Assembly (NCBI GenBank): GCA_965218435.1
Contig: CBDCKW010000009.1
Span: 1,632,001-1,696,000 of the forward strand
Reading direction: 5' to 3'
DNA: 64,000 nucleotides
Source of the DNA: Truepera sp.
GTDB lineage: Bacteria > Deinococcota > Deinococci > Deinococcales > Trueperaceae
Of this stretch, positions 31,008 to 41,357 are shown piece after piece (position 1 is the first letter of the stretch; each line of letters begins with the position of its first letter). Made by a program: the position numbers and the translations under genes. The notes beneath the pieces are model-generated. The model had not been told where the DNA came from and made no database searches. It was given only the letters and a program-made list of their open reading frames with translations.

Positions 31008-31799
31008 ATGACACAGCGGCAGACACAAAGAGCGCACGGGGACCTTCTCCTCCGCCTTTCGGGGGTATCGAAAAAGTTTGGGGCGGTGACCGCCTTGTCC
31101 GACATCGAACTCGAGGTTTATGCCGGGGAAGTTGTGGCCCTAGTCGGCGACAACGGCGCAGGCAAATCGACGCTGGTCAAGGTGTTGGCCGGCGTCCATC
31201 AGGCAACGTCCGGAACGATTGAGTTTCTTGGGAAAGAAGTTACCCTGAGTGATCCCAGCACGGCCCTAGAGATGGGGATCGCGACGGTTTTCCAAGATTT
31301 GGCACTTTGTGAAAACCTCGATGTCGTCGCCAATCTTTTTCTAGGCCACGAGTTGTCGGCTTGGCAGCTGGACGAAGTGCAGATGGAGGTCAAGGCTTGG
31401 ACGCTGCTGCGAGAACTGGCGGCGCGCATCCCTTCGGTGCGGGAACCTGTTGCTTCACTCTCGGGTGGTCAGCGTCAGACTGTCGCCATTGCCCGCTCAC
31501 TTCTATTGGACCCTAAAATCATCATGCTGGACGAGCCCACCGCAGCTTTGGGGGTCGCGCAAACGGCCGAGGTTCTAAATTTGATCGAACGTGTCCGGGA
31601 CCGCGGCCACGGGGTGATCTTAATTTCTCACAATATGGAGGATGTGCGCGCCGTTGCCGACCGGGTCGTGGTCTTGCGTCTCGGCCAGAATAACGGCGTT
31701 TTTACGATGGAAAGCTCGCATGAGGAGCTGGTCGCCGCCATCACCGGAGCGACTGACAATTCCGTCTCTCGCCGCGCCGCGCGGAAGCTCGAGGCATAG
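31008..31799 (+). CDS. Sugar ABC transporter ATP-binding protein
   Basis: GDNGAGKST, LSGGQRQ, LDEPTAALG, ISH. Confidence 0.93.
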   Translation: MTQRQTQRAHGDLLLRLSGVSKKFGAVTALSDIELEVYAGEVVALVGDNGAGKSTLVKVLAGVHQATSGTIEFLGKEVTLSDPSTALEMGIATVFQDLALCENLDVVANLFLGHELSAWQLDEVQMEVKAWTLLRELAARIPSVREPVASLSGGQRQTVAIARSLLLDPKIIMLDEPTAALGVAQTAEVLNLIERVRDRGHGVILISHNMEDVRAVADRVVVLRLGQNNGVFTMESSHEELVAAITGATDNSVSRRAARKLEA

Positions 31800-31807
31800 G
31801 AGCAGAG

Positions 31808-33052
31808 ATGTCTAAAGATCGTCAAACTCCGTTACTCGACCGCGCGGACTCGAGGGTCCGTCAGGACGAAGGGATCGCCGGGGCTTTCCGCGCCTTTCTC
31901 GACAGTGTAAGGTCGGGCGACTTGGGCGTGCTGCCGGTCGTAATCGGCCTACTCCTGATTACCGTCGTCTTTACGTCGCTCAATCCGGTATTCTTAGCAC
32001 CCAACAACCTAGCCAACCTGCTATTTGACGCTGCCGCGGTGGGCCTCATCGCGCTCGGGGTCATCTGCGTTTTGCTCTTAGGCGAGATCGACCTGTCCAT
32101 CGGCTCGATGAGCGGCCTCGCCTCGGCGATCATGGGTATTTTATGGATTAACACGGGGCTGCCGCTGCCGCTAGCTATTCTAGGCGCGGTTGCTACGGGC
32201 GCTGTTACCGGTCTCGTCTACGGCGTGCTGCGCAACCGTTTCGAGATGCCGAGTTTTATAGCTACTCTAGCCGGGCTTTTAGCACTGCTGGGCGTTCAAC
32301 TTTATATCCTTGGACCCAGCGGCTCGATCAATTTGCCTTTTGACTCTGCGCTGGTGCGGTTCGGCCAACTGCTGATTATTCCGGCCTGGCTGTCTTATAC
32401 GCTCGCCCTGCTACCCGGCGTCGTGATGGTGTTAGGAGACTTTGCGACGAGAAAGCGTCGCAACGAAGCCAACTTGTCCTCGACCAGTCCCAGCGTGGTC
32501 TTGCTCAAATCGGTTAGCATCACCGCAGCCCTGGTCTTCGCCGTCTATTATCTTGAAAAGGGACGCGGCGTACCGTGGATGTTTGCCGTATTCATTCTGT
32601 TCGTAGTGGTGATGAATTACGCGTTCACCCGCACGAAATGGGGCCGGTCGCTGTTCGCGGTGGGTGGGAACGCCGAAGCCGCACGCCGGTCGGGGATCAA
32701 TGTGCGGCAAATCCGGCTGTCGGCGTTTATGCTCTGCTCAGCGTTCGCAGCGTTAGGAGGCGTTTTTTCGGCGGCGCGGCTGGCCTCGTCTAGCCTCCAA
32801 GCGGGCACCGGTGATGTAAACCTCAACGCTATTGCAGCCGCAGTCATCGGCGGTACCTCGCTTTTCGGCGGGCGTGGGTCTGCTTGGTCTGCGCTGCTCG
32901 GGGTACTGGTCATTCAGGCGATTTCAAGTGGGCTGACCTTACTCAATCTCAGCTCGTCGCTGCGCTTTATGATTACCGGAGCTGTCCTTGCGATCGCCGT
33001 GATCGTGGACTCGCTTGCCCGCCGCTCACGTGCCAGCAGCGGCCGCGCCTAA
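31808..33052 (+). CDS. Sugar ABC transporter permease (XylH-like)
   Basis: [39 protein letters not shown]. Confidence 0.92.
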   Translation: MSKDRQTPLLDRADSRVRQDEGIAGAFRAFLDSVRSGDLGVLPVVIGLLLITVVFTSLNPVFLAPNNLANLLFDAAAVGLIALGVICVLLLGEIDLSIGSMSGLASAIMGILWINTGLPLPLAILGAVATGAVTGLVYGVLRNRFEMPSFIATLAGLLALLGVQLYILGPSGSINLPFDSALVRFGQLLIIPAWLSYTLALLPGVVMVLGDFATRKRRNEANLSSTSPSVVLLKSVSITAALVFAVYYLEKGRGVPWMFAVFILFVVVMNYAFTRTKWGRSLFAVGGNAEAARRSGINVRQIRLSAFMLCSAFAALGGVFSAARLASSSLQAGTGDVNLNAIAAAVIGGTSLFGGRGSAWSALLGVLVIQAISSGLTLLNLSSSLRFMITGAVLAIAVIVDSLARRSRASSGRA

Positions 33053-33068
33053 GGGGGGAATACAGGTT

Positions 33069-33797
33069 ATGCCTAAACAGCTTGAAGGAAAAACCGCCGC
33101 AGTAACGGGTGCGGCCTCAGGCATCGGACTAGCATGTGTCCGCAGCCTGTTGGCTGAAGGTGCGCAGGTGGTGCTAATTGACCGCGACGGTGACAAGTTA
33201 GACAGTCTCTGCCGGGAGCTGGGTTCAAATGCTTATGGGCTAAGGGTTGACTTGCTCGAGCCGACTCAAAACTCAAGCATCGGAGCTGGCATAGAGGACC
33301 TGGTTGGACCCCTCGATATTTTCCACGCCAATGCCGGCAGCTATGTCGGGGGGGCGGTGGCCGAGGGTAATCCCGATGAGTGGGACCGGATGCTCAACCT
33401 CAACATCAACGCAGCTTTCCGGTCCGTTCACGCAGTGCTGCCCAACATGATCGAGCGCGGTACGGGCGACGTCGTGATGACGAGTTCGGTTGCCGGGATG
33501 ATCCCGGTCATCTGGGAGCCGATCTACTCCGCCTCGAAACATGCCGTGCAAGCCTTTGTCCACTCGCTTCGTAGGCAGGTTGCACCGCACGGCCTCCGGG
33601 TCTGCGCGGTAGCGCCGGGGCCGGTGGTGACCGCTTTACTCGACGACTGGCCCAAAGCCAAAATGGAAGAAGCGCTGGCTGCAGGAAGCCTGATGCAGCC
33701 TGAGGCGGTAGCAGACGCGGTACTCTATATACTGACGCGTCCGCGCAACATCACGATCCGCGATCTGGTGATCTTACCGCAAAGCCTCGACCTCTAG
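33069..33797 (+). CDS. SDR oxidoreductase, ribitol 2-dehydrogenase-like
   Basis: [68 protein letters not shown]. Confidence 0.85.
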   Translation: MPKQLEGKTAAVTGAASGIGLACVRSLLAEGAQVVLIDRDGDKLDSLCRELGSNAYGLRVDLLEPTQNSSIGAGIEDLVGPLDIFHANAGSYVGGAVAEGNPDEWDRMLNLNINAAFRSVHAVLPNMIERGTGDVVMTSSVAGMIPVIWEPIYSASKHAVQAFVHSLRRQVAPHGLRVCAVAPGPVVTALLDDWPKAKMEEALAAGSLMQPEAVADAVLYILTRPRNITIRDLVILPQSLDL

Positions 33798-33799
33798 AC

Positions 33800-34140
33800 A
33801 CCGGCTTGAGTCCTGCGGCTTGATAAGGTGCCCAGGCTTTCGCGTAGTAGCGCATCAGCACATGGTCGCCTGTATGCGGCACGCCACTCACGGCTTTCCC
33901 GGTGGCGGTCGCAAGTGGGACGAGCCGGACCTTTTTCCCTTTGCCGTGAAACCGGATCAGCCGTTCCCTTAAGTCGATGTTCGTTCACTTAAGCGTCACG
34001 ATCTCCTCGATACGGAGCCCGAAGAGCACCGCTAAGAGAATCGCAACTTTGGAGATTGGGTCATCAAAGGTGTCGCACGCCTGAACGAGGTCTTCGGCGG
34101 TCGTCAGCGAGTAGTCGGTGCGTTTCTCCTCGAGCCTTTC
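33800..34140 (-). pseudogene. Tyrosine recombinase/integrase fragment
   Basis: Manual translation: ...AILLAVLFGLRIEEIVTLK*TNIDLRERLIRFHGKGKKVRLVPL...; TGA at 33985-33987 sits where W is expected; HxxR/Y half absent. Confidence 0.85.
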
Positions 34141-34215
34141 TTTTAGCCGACCCGCGTTCCGTATGGTCGCTCGCTCAGGTCAAGCTAAAAAAACCGGCTG
34201 CACTTTGTAAACGAT

Positions 34216-34950
34216 CTACAGTGCCGGATAAAACGCCCTCGCTAAGTTTGTATAAGTTGTCTCCGTTACCGGAAAACGTCGCTGAAAGACGGTCGGTTCG
34301 GGTGCGCCCACCGGGAGCAGCGCCAATTTAGCACCCGAAAAGAGACCGAAGCTGTGGGTGTCTAAAGCTGTGACAAAGCAGAAGAGGTAGTCGTCTACCC
34401 ACGCCAGATACTCGTTTACAGCTTCCTCAGAGATGTTGGCAGTGATAGAAGCACCCGAGTCCAGAGCTTGACGCAGCCCCAACCCATTTAGCGGCTGCCC
34501 GTTTTGTAGAGGCATGACGTTAAACTGTCCGTCAGCCAATACCCAGCGTTTGAGGTCAGGCAAAAAGACCTCACTGACGACGTGAGCCGCACCGGAATCA
34601 CGCGTTTCGGAGTCTTCAGTTTTAATCTGCAAAACCCGGCTCGGCAGACCGAGTGCGGCGGCACACGCTGAAATTACAGTGCCGTACTCGACACAGCGAA
34701 ACGATTTACCCTGACCCGCTTCTTCTAAAATTATGAGCGCGTCAGGCGATGAGGGTTCATTCAGGCCGTCGTGCTGCCAACGTGAATGCACCCAAGCACA
34801 GATGCGCCCCAACTTCTCTAAGTCACTTTCACTACCGGCAACGAGGGACTCGAGCCCATACTGCTCTCGCAACGTGCAAAGTTCAGGGTCATCAGCTTTA
34901 GCAAAGACAAACGGGTAGTGCTTTTGCGTAGGACCAAAATCGTAAGTCAC
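34216..34950 (-). CDS. Transglutaminase-like domain protein
   Basis: FRCVEY (Cys), AHVVSE (His), W...DGQ (Asp); AGGAGG before GTG 34950. Confidence 0.8.
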   Translation of the reverse strand: MTYDFGPTQKHYPFVFAKADDPELCTLREQYGLESLVAGSESDLEKLGRICAWVHSRWQHDGLNEPSSPDALIILEEAGQGKSFRCVEYGTVISACAAALGLPSRVLQIKTEDSETRDSGAAHVVSEVFLPDLKRWVLADGQFNVMPLQNGQPLNGLGLRQALDSGASITANISEEAVNEYLAWVDDYLFCFVTALDTHSFGLFSGAKLALLPVGAPEPTVFQRRFPVTETTYTNLARAFYPAL

Positions 34951-34966
34951 ACACTGCCTCCTCTGC

Positions 34967-36406
34967 TTAAACACGTTCTCCAGGTGTACTGCGTTTCCAC
35001 CTTACACCATCGGGAGTGTCCTCGAGCACTAACCCTAACTCCGCCAAGCGGTCCCGAATCGCGTCCGAGGTCGCAAAGTCGCGCCGTGTCCGGGCCTCGT
35101 GCCGCTGCTCGCTTACGAGTTCGACAAGTCCGTCTAACAGAGCTGTGTCATCGTGTGTACTGCCTTGCACCGTCCCGATAATCCCCAGCACGTCGCCAGC
35201 GAGGTCGTCAAAAAAGGCTTTGGCTGCGGCTAAGTAACCCTCATCGGCTCGGCTCAGCTTCGCGTTAATTTGGCGGCTCGCGTCGAAGAGCACTGCAAAC
35301 GCCTGCGGCGTGTTGAAGTCGTCGTTCATCGCGGCGGCAAAACGGGCGCGGTAGTCGGCAAACGGGTCTTTCTCAGGCGCTTCAGCTTTATCGTTTGTAC
35401 GGCGCGACAGCTCGGCGTAGGTCTCTTGCAGTCGTTTAAGCCCCTGTTTCGAGGCATAGAGGCTCTCGTCGGAAAAATCGCTGACGCTGCGGTAGTGGGC
35501 GCTCAAGAGGTGAAACCGGAGCGCCGTCCCGCCGTGCTCGGCTAAGAGCGCAGAGAGTGCCAGTGCCCCCTTAGATTTCGCCATCTTCTCGCCGCCGAAG
35601 GTTAAAAAGTTCCAGTGGAGCCAGTAGTGCGCAAACGGTTTACCTGCGCCTTTCGCCTGCGCGATTTCGCATTCGTGATGCGGGAAAATAAGGTCTAAAC
35701 CGCCGCCGTGGATATCGAAGGTGTCGCCCAGATATTTGGTGCTCATCACCGAGCACTCGAGGTGCCAGCCCGGATACCCGTCGCCCCACGGCGACGGCCA
35801 GCGCATGAGGTGCCCATTGTCGGCGGCTTTCCACAGGGCGAAGTCGCGCGGGTCGTCTTTGTCGCTCCGCACCTCTACGCGGGTACCCTCGAGCGTCCCT
35901 TCCTGCGTCCGGCCCGAGAGTTCGCCGTAGTCTTTGTACGCCGACACGTCGAAGTAGACGTTGCCGTCCCGCTCATACGCTAGGCCACGCTCGAGCAAAG
36001 TTTCGGTCATCCCAATCTGCTCGGTGATGTGCCCCGAAGCCCTCGGGATGATGTCAGGGCGACGCACCCCGAGTTGCGCCAGCGCGTCGAAGTAGCGCCA
36101 AAAGTATTTTTCAGCGATCTCCATCGGCTCGAGCTGCTCGAGTCTCGCCCGTTTCACAAGTTTGTCTTCGCCTTCGTCGGCGTCATCGGTCAGGTGGCCG
36201 ACATCGGTGATGTTTGACACAAACCGAACTTGATAGCCCTCGTGGGCAAACCAGCGGCGCACCACGTCGAAAAAAACGGGGCCACGGGCGTTCCCGATAT
36301 GCGGCTCTGAATATACAGTCGGGCCGCAGACGTAGATACCAACGCGGTTAGGAACTAAAGGCTCAAACGTTTCTTTTTGGCGAGTCAGGGTGTTATAAAG
36401 CTGCAT
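34967..36406 (-). CDS. cysS: Cysteine--tRNA ligase
   Basis: [41 protein letters not shown]. Confidence 0.98.
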   Translation of the reverse strand: MQLYNTLTRQKETFEPLVPNRVGIYVCGPTVYSEPHIGNARGPVFFDVVRRWFAHEGYQVRFVSNITDVGHLTDDADEGEDKLVKRARLEQLEPMEIAEKYFWRYFDALAQLGVRRPDIIPRASGHITEQIGMTETLLERGLAYERDGNVYFDVSAYKDYGELSGRTQEGTLEGTRVEVRSDKDDPRDFALWKAADNGHLMRWPSPWGDGYPGWHLECSVMSTKYLGDTFDIHGGGLDLIFPHHECEIAQAKGAGKPFAHYWLHWNFLTFGGEKMAKSKGALALSALLAEHGGTALRFHLLSAHYRSVSDFSDESLYASKQGLKRLQETYAELSRRTNDKAEAPEKDPFADYRARFAAAMNDDFNTPQAFAVLFDASRQINAKLSRADEGYLAAAKAFFDDLAGDVLGIIGTVQGSTHDDTALLDGLVELVSEQRHEARTRRDFATSDAIRDRLAELGLVLEDTPDGVRWKRSTPGERV

Positions 36407-36450
36407 GGGGTCTCCTTAAGATAGATGCTTTTGGACGTAAAGTCAGAGCC

Positions 36451-36486
36451 CTAGCAACATCGTGGGTTGAAGAAAAACGGAGACAT
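36451..36486 (-). promoter_or_regulatory. Putative leaderless leader peptide MSPFFFNPRCC upstream of cysS
   Basis: ATG TCT CCG TTT TTC TTC AAC CCA CGA TGT TGC TAG; TGC-TAAACT extended -10 ends 6 nt before ATG. Confidence 0.7.
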
Positions 36487-36558
36487 GAAAAGAGTTTAGC
36501 ATTCACACGTCCAAAGTAGTGCGTGGAGAGCAACGGACACAGCGATATTTGCCTGCGC

Positions 36559-37059
36559 TCAGCTATTTCCTTTACCTGCGTTTAGAGTTGCGACGATAAG
36601 CTGTTCAACCTCTGTGGGTAAATGTTGGGTCGTATCGACAGCTAATCGCAACCTGCTTTGAACCGACGGATCAGCAATGATGCCTTTATAGATACCGTAA
36701 TTTCTAGTGATGCGTTCATTATCTAACGCATCACCACGCTGACGTTTGCGGTTGACAAGCTCAGGGAGCGATGCTTGAAGTTCGATGATGACAAAACCTT
36801 GCGCGTAAAAAGCCACGATCTCTTCTGTAGAAAGATAAGAAGTGACAAAGAGAATAGACTTAGCATCTGTTTTAAGAAAATCTTTGACGATGCGTGCAAA
36901 AAGATCGTCAATAATATCTTCACTTTCGGGCCACACGCCACCGTTTAACCTCTCGGTTTCGTCGTCTATCTCGAGCACCTCGAGACCCAGCGTCTGCCCC
37001 AAGCCGGTGGCAATCGTTGATTTGCCTACACCGGAAGGTCCTAAAAGCAGCAGCTTCAT
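36559..37059 (-). CDS. P-loop nucleoside/shikimate kinase-like protein
   Basis: LLLLGPSGVGKST, DD, VDTT. Confidence 0.8.
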   Translation of the reverse strand: MKLLLLGPSGVGKSTIATGLGQTLGLEVLEIDDETERLNGGVWPESEDIIDDLFARIVKDFLKTDAKSILFVTSYLSTEEIVAFYAQGFVIIELQASLPELVNRKRQRGDALDNERITRNYGIYKGIIADPSVQSRLRLAVDTTQHLPTEVEQLIVATLNAGKGNS

Positions 37060-37117
37060 GGGGTATCTTCGCAGAAATTACGGAGCTTGGTACGTTGACA
37101 AGACGTTAAGCTAAAGC

Positions 37118-37708
37118 GTGTCGTATAAAAGCGTCTCCCGAACCCATGAACGTGAGGAAGTCGTTAAGGGCTCGAGGTTTATCACGTTTGTGACCCGAGT
37201 CAAAGACGTTGACGACGCACTGACAAAACTAGACGGAGTGAGAGTGCAGCACGCTGACGCAACCCATAACACTTGGGCGTACCGGGTCGGGGCCGAGGTG
37301 CGTTTTTCGGACGACGGCGAACCGGGCGGCACGGCAGGCAGGCCGATGTTGGAAGTTTTGCAAAAACGCGGGCTAGACTTTGTGCTCGCGGTCGTGACAC
37401 GTTACTACGGCGGTGTAAAGCTGGGCGCGGGCGGTTTAGTGCGGGCGTACAGCGGGAGCCTCACTAAAGCACTCGATGAGGCGGGCGTATTGGAGGTTCG
37501 TGAAACCGTGACGCGCACCCTAACTGCGCCCTTTGCCGAGCTTGACGCGGTTCACCGTCTGCTTGATGGCTGGGCCGGACTTCGCAAAGGCGAGCCCGAC
37601 TATACCGCCGAGGGGTTACGTTTGCCCGTTACCTTTTTTGCCGACGATGAATCGCCCCTGACCGACGCATTGACCGAAGTGACACGGGGCGCAGGGTCAC
37701 TGGGTTGA
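37118..37708 (+). CDS. yigZ: YigZ/IMPACT family protein
   Basis: KGSRF, ATHN.WAY, SDDGEPGGTAG.PML, VTRYYGGVKLG.GGL.RAY. Confidence 0.93.
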   Translation: MSYKSVSRTHEREEVVKGSRFITFVTRVKDVDDALTKLDGVRVQHADATHNTWAYRVGAEVRFSDDGEPGGTAGRPMLEVLQKRGLDFVLAVVTRYYGGVKLGAGGLVRAYSGSLTKALDEAGVLEVRETVTRTLTAPFAELDAVHRLLDGWAGLRKGEPDYTAEGLRLPVTFFADDESPLTDALTEVTRGAGSLG

Positions 37709-37740
37709 CGCTCTTAAGAAGTCGGGCTCGAGCCCAAAAA

Positions 37741-38457
37741 CTAGCCCTGAGCTAAAGCTCGAGCCGCCTCAACTAGCGCCACATTTCCGGGCGCAAGCTC
37801 ACCTGTCGGAAGCCGGAGCGTGTCCTCGAGCCCTACCCTACTCGCGTACCCACTTTTCGCCGCCCTCTCCAGCAAACTCCAGACTGCGCCGTCAGTTCCG
37901 TGAAGCAGGCGCGGAACCTCAGGTGAAACGTCCTCTAAGACGGCCTCAATTTCGTTTACGACTGCATTCGCTTGTACCGGGTCGGTTTCCCAGGGCTCGA
38001 GCAGTAGCCGCAGCCAAGTGACGTTCGGCAGGGCTAAGAGGTGACGCGCATCTTCCGGCGTTGAGATACCGGCCTCGAGCTCTATCCCACGCTTCGCTAG
38101 CACCGCAATGACCTGCTCAATATGCGATTCAGCAAGGTTGACAGATGCGTAGTCGGGCAAAACGGTCCAAGCCTCGGTTGCAGCGAGGCGCTGGGCCACG
38201 TCCGGTTCAATGTCAGCAGCCGTGCTGATACCCACAGCTCTACCGGGACAAGTCTCACGAACCGCAGTAAGTGCAGCAGCGACATGCTCAGCTGCAAGTG
38301 ACTCCCGGCCTGCTTCGTCTCTTGGATGGAGGTGCAAGGCAACTGCGCCAGCGTCTACGACGCGCGCCGCGTCCGCTGCCAGATCACCCGGATAGAGTGG
38401 TACTGCGGAATGTTCAGCTAAAGTTCGGCTACCGTTGAGACATGCCTGAAGCCACAT
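37741..38457 (-). CDS. 3-keto-5-aminohexanoate cleavage enzyme (BKACE) family
   Basis: QACLNG, LHLHPR, PDYASVN, RVGLED. Confidence 0.88.
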   Translation of the reverse strand: MWLQACLNGSRTLAEHSAVPLYPGDLAADAARVVDAGAVALHLHPRDEAGRESLAAEHVAAALTAVRETCPGRAVGISTAADIEPDVAQRLAATEAWTVLPDYASVNLAESHIEQVIAVLAKRGIELEAGISTPEDARHLLALPNVTWLRLLLEPWETDPVQANAVVNEIEAVLEDVSPEVPRLLHGTDGAVWSLLERAAKSGYASRVGLEDTLRLPTGELAPGNVALVEAARALAQG

Positions 38458-38522
38458 AAAAACAGTATAGCCAGCAGGATGGGGGCTGCTCAAAACAGCT
38501 TAGCAGTGGCGTTAGGCGGCTT

Positions 38523-38984
38523 TTAAGCTTTCCGCGTGTAGGTCAAAAACCCGGTCTCTTTCTGCCAACCGTGCGCTTTGTAAAGTGCTTGGGCGCTCTT
38601 GTTATCAGTTGCTGTCTGTAAGGTTAAACCCTTCGCACCCGTCTCGCGGGCGTGTTCGTGCGCACGCCCAAGCAGCGCACCCGCAACAGCTTTTCTCCTC
38701 GCCTCCAACGCAACAAAGAGGTCGTTCAAAATCCACAGCTTTTGCAGTGATACCGACGAAAACGACGGGTAAAGCTGCGTAAACCCGGCAGCTTTACGGT
38801 CTAAAAGGGCCAGAAAGATAACGGACTCGTCCAGCCTTAAACGCGCCGCCAAAAAGTCCCTGACCGCCTCACTATCAGAGGCTTGACGGTAAAACACGCG
38901 GTAGGCGTCAAACAGCGGTGTGAGCTGCTCTAAATGAGACGGGTCAGCGCGGACGATTTTAGGTGTTGGCTCGGGCATTTGCAT
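38523..38984 (-). CDS. GNAT N-acetyltransferase
   Basis: LFDAYRVFY, GFTQLYPSFSS, ILNDLFV, N..AQ.LY. Confidence 0.9.
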   Translation of the reverse strand: MQMPEPTPKIVRADPSHLEQLTPLFDAYRVFYRQASDSEAVRDFLAARLRLDESVIFLALLDRKAAGFTQLYPSFSSVSLQKLWILNDLFVALEARRKAVAGALLGRAHEHARETGAKGLTLQTATDNKSAQALYKAHGWQKETGFLTYTRKA

Positions 38985-39068
38985 GGAGCAGCTTACGACG
39001 GGAGGATGAGCGCCCGTTTTAAGCCTGACGTTAAGATAAAGGTCAAAAAGCATTTGGGGGCATTTCTT

Positions 39069-39881
39069 GTGGCAGAAAAACCTGTTAGTAAAGTAGAAAT
39101 TGAAGAAGTGGTGCTCGAGGCCCAGCGCTTAGAGCTCTTGGAACGTGTGGAAGCTTGGCTCGAGACGCCGATGGTCGTGCTCGGGTTTGTCTGGTTGGCG
39201 CTCCTCATTGCTGAATTCGTGTGGGGCTCGAGTTCGCTCTTTGAGACGCTGGGCACGCTCATCTGGATCGTCTTCATCCTCGACTTTATCCTTAAGTTTA
39301 CGCTGGCCCCGCGCAAACGCTTTTATCTGCGGCGCAATTTGCTGACGATTGTCGCGCTCTTTATTCCGGCGCTACGCGTCTTTCGGCTGGCCCGCGCCGT
39401 GCGGGTGTTGCGGCTGGCGCGTACCGCGCGGGGGCTCAGGCTCTTGCGCGTGGTCACCTCGCTCAACCGGGGGATGCGGGCCTTGTCAGCGACGATGGGC
39501 CGCCGCGGGGCCGGTTACGTGGTCTTGCTGACGCTGATCGTGACCCTTGCCGGGGCCGCCGGGATGTACGCCTTTGAGCAGAATGTGACGGGGGGGCTTA
39601 CGTCCTACGGCGGCGCACTCTGGTGGACGGCGATGATTATGCTCACGCTCGGGTCGGAATACTGGCCGCAAACGCCCGAAGGCCGGATTCTCTGTATCCT
39701 CTTGTCACTCTACGCGTTCGGTATTTTCGGCTACGTCACCGCGGTGCTGGCCAGTTTTTTTGTCGGCCGCGACGCGGATGGGGCGGGCGAGATCGCCGGG
39801 GCCAAAGAGTTAGGGCTGCTGCGTGCAGAAATCGCCGCACTCCGCGAAGCGTTACCCGCACGTACCACGCCGGACGAATAG
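39069..39881 (+). CDS. 6-TM ion channel (voltage-gated K+ channel-like; start uncertain)
   Basis: Arg-rich S4 (LRVFRLARAVRVLRL), pore region ALWW...MLTLGSEYWPQT.EGR. Confidence 0.85.
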   Translation: MAEKPVSKVEIEEVVLEAQRLELLERVEAWLETPMVVLGFVWLALLIAEFVWGSSSLFETLGTLIWIVFILDFILKFTLAPRKRFYLRRNLLTIVALFIPALRVFRLARAVRVLRLARTARGLRLLRVVTSLNRGMRALSATMGRRGAGYVVLLTLIVTLAGAAGMYAFEQNVTGGLTSYGGALWWTAMIMLTLGSEYWPQTPEGRILCILLSLYAFGIFGYVTAVLASFFVGRDADGAGEIAGAKELGLLRAEIAALREALPARTTPDE

Positions 39882-40050
39882 CTCAGGAGCTGTATTTTGC
39901 TTTCTGCTTGACGTTCCAAATACGTGAGAGACGCTATTTTCTCCGTAAATTACCGACTTCTGAATGCTGAAGTTTTACTCCTTCGGCGCGGTACGCAGCA
40001 AACGCCTCGAGCTGAGCTTGAAAGGTCAACAAAACTTGTAAGGGTACGCC

Positions 40051-40257
40051 CTAAGTACAAGACAATTCTTTAGCAACCTTGTCCAAAACGTAACTTGTTG
40101 TATAAGCTAGACAAAAATCTTCTTGTCTGCCTAAGCGTGACCCGGTAGATCGCCTTGAAGATCTTCCTAGACAGCAGTCTCGGGGGACATAAACGCTACT
40201 TTTCAGAGAGCTGAATAGCCCGTTCAGACTCGTAAAATTGTTTTTGTCGTGTACTAG
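40051..40257. mobile_element. MITE family B, copy 1 (207 bp, probably IS4-family-derived)
   Basis: Ends CTAAGTACAAGACAA / TTGTCGTGTACTAG; 9-bp direct repeat GGGTACGCC at 40042-40050 and 40258-40266; homologous to 45293-45499. Confidence 0.8.
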
Positions 40258-40399
40258 GGGTACGCCACAAAAAAAGCAGCGGTGCCTGCCACTATTGCGC
40301 CCGGACGCGTAAGGGACAATAGAGAGGTGCAATATACCAACGTCTACTTACCAACGCTTTATCTGCGTTCCTACCTAACGTCTTCCAGAAACGCTTGTC

Positions 40400-41299
40400 A
40401 TGCCAGCTGACAGGCTGGACGAACCCAAAACGCCGACCGAAGTCACGCCCGACGCGCCCGACAAGGGCAGCGCCGTTGAAGATTTTTTTAGTACCGACGA
40501 CATCTTTCAGCGCGTGTTGGCAACGGCGGCCCACGAACTCGAGCGTCCCACCGGCACCTTTATCTGGGGTGCGCTCGCCGCCGGACTGATTTTAGGCTTT
40601 TCGTTTCTAGCGCGCGCTGTCGTTACCGCCGCCGCACCGGGACAACCTTCGCTCGTCGGTGATTTGCTCTATCCTATCGGCTTTGTTTTTGTGATTTTGG
40701 GCCGCTATCCGCTCTACACCGAAAATACCCTGACCCCGGTGACGTTGGCCCTGACGCGGTTCTCGAGCCTCCGCGACATCTTGCGTATCTGGGGCTTTTC
40801 GTACCTGCCCAACCTCGCTGGCGCGGCTATCTTTTCGCTGCTTTTAGCGGTCACCGGGATTTTGAGTTCGGACACTGCCGCAGTTGCGCTGCAGATGGGC
40901 GAGCACCTCCTAGAAGCACGTTGGGCCGACGCCTTTTTTCGCGCGGTGCTCGCAGGTTGGCTGCTCGCCGGACTCGTCTGGCTCGTTCACGCGGCCCGTG
41001 ATACGGTCTCGAGGCTCCTGTTAATCTGGCTGGTCATCTACCTGCAAATCTCTGCCGAGCTCTACCACTGTATCGTCGGCTCGGTCGAGGTGCTCTACGC
41101 CGTCTGGACGGGTCACGCGAGCTTCTGGGCCTATCTGAGCGATTTTCTTGTACCGGTAACGCTCGGCAACACGGTTGGCGGCGTCGTCTTCGTCGCTATT
41201 TTGAACTGGGCGCAGTTCAGCCCGGACAAAGGCCACGGAGAAGATTTCGGGCCGCAGCTCTCGTGGCGTGAGTGGCTAACAGGGCGTCAGGCCGGGTGA
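40400..41299 (+). CDS. Formate/nitrite transporter family protein (YfdC-like)
   Basis: YPIGF..VILG...L.TENT, H.IVGS.E, TLGN.VGG. Confidence 0.88.
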   Translation: MPADRLDEPKTPTEVTPDAPDKGSAVEDFFSTDDIFQRVLATAAHELERPTGTFIWGALAAGLILGFSFLARAVVTAAAPGQPSLVGDLLYPIGFVFVILGRYPLYTENTLTPVTLALTRFSSLRDILRIWGFSYLPNLAGAAIFSLLLAVTGILSSDTAAVALQMGEHLLEARWADAFFRAVLAGWLLAGLVWLVHAARDTVSRLLLIWLVIYLQISAELYHCIVGSVEVLYAVWTGHASFWAYLSDFLVPVTLGNTVGGVVFVAILNWAQFSPDKGHGEDFGPQLSWREWLTGRQAG

Positions 41300-41357
41300 T
41301 AGATGGTTGAGCGAACGCTTAGACCTGTCGGGCGGCTATACTCGAGGTCGGGGGAGC

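Noticed and set aside
36407..36558. T-box riboswitch upstream of cysS
   Set aside because: The gap is only about 150 nt and I see no T-box consensus or terminator; the uORF model fits better.
40051..40332. 93-aa minus-strand ORF
   Set aside because: Mostly lies in MITE family B; no recognisable protein.
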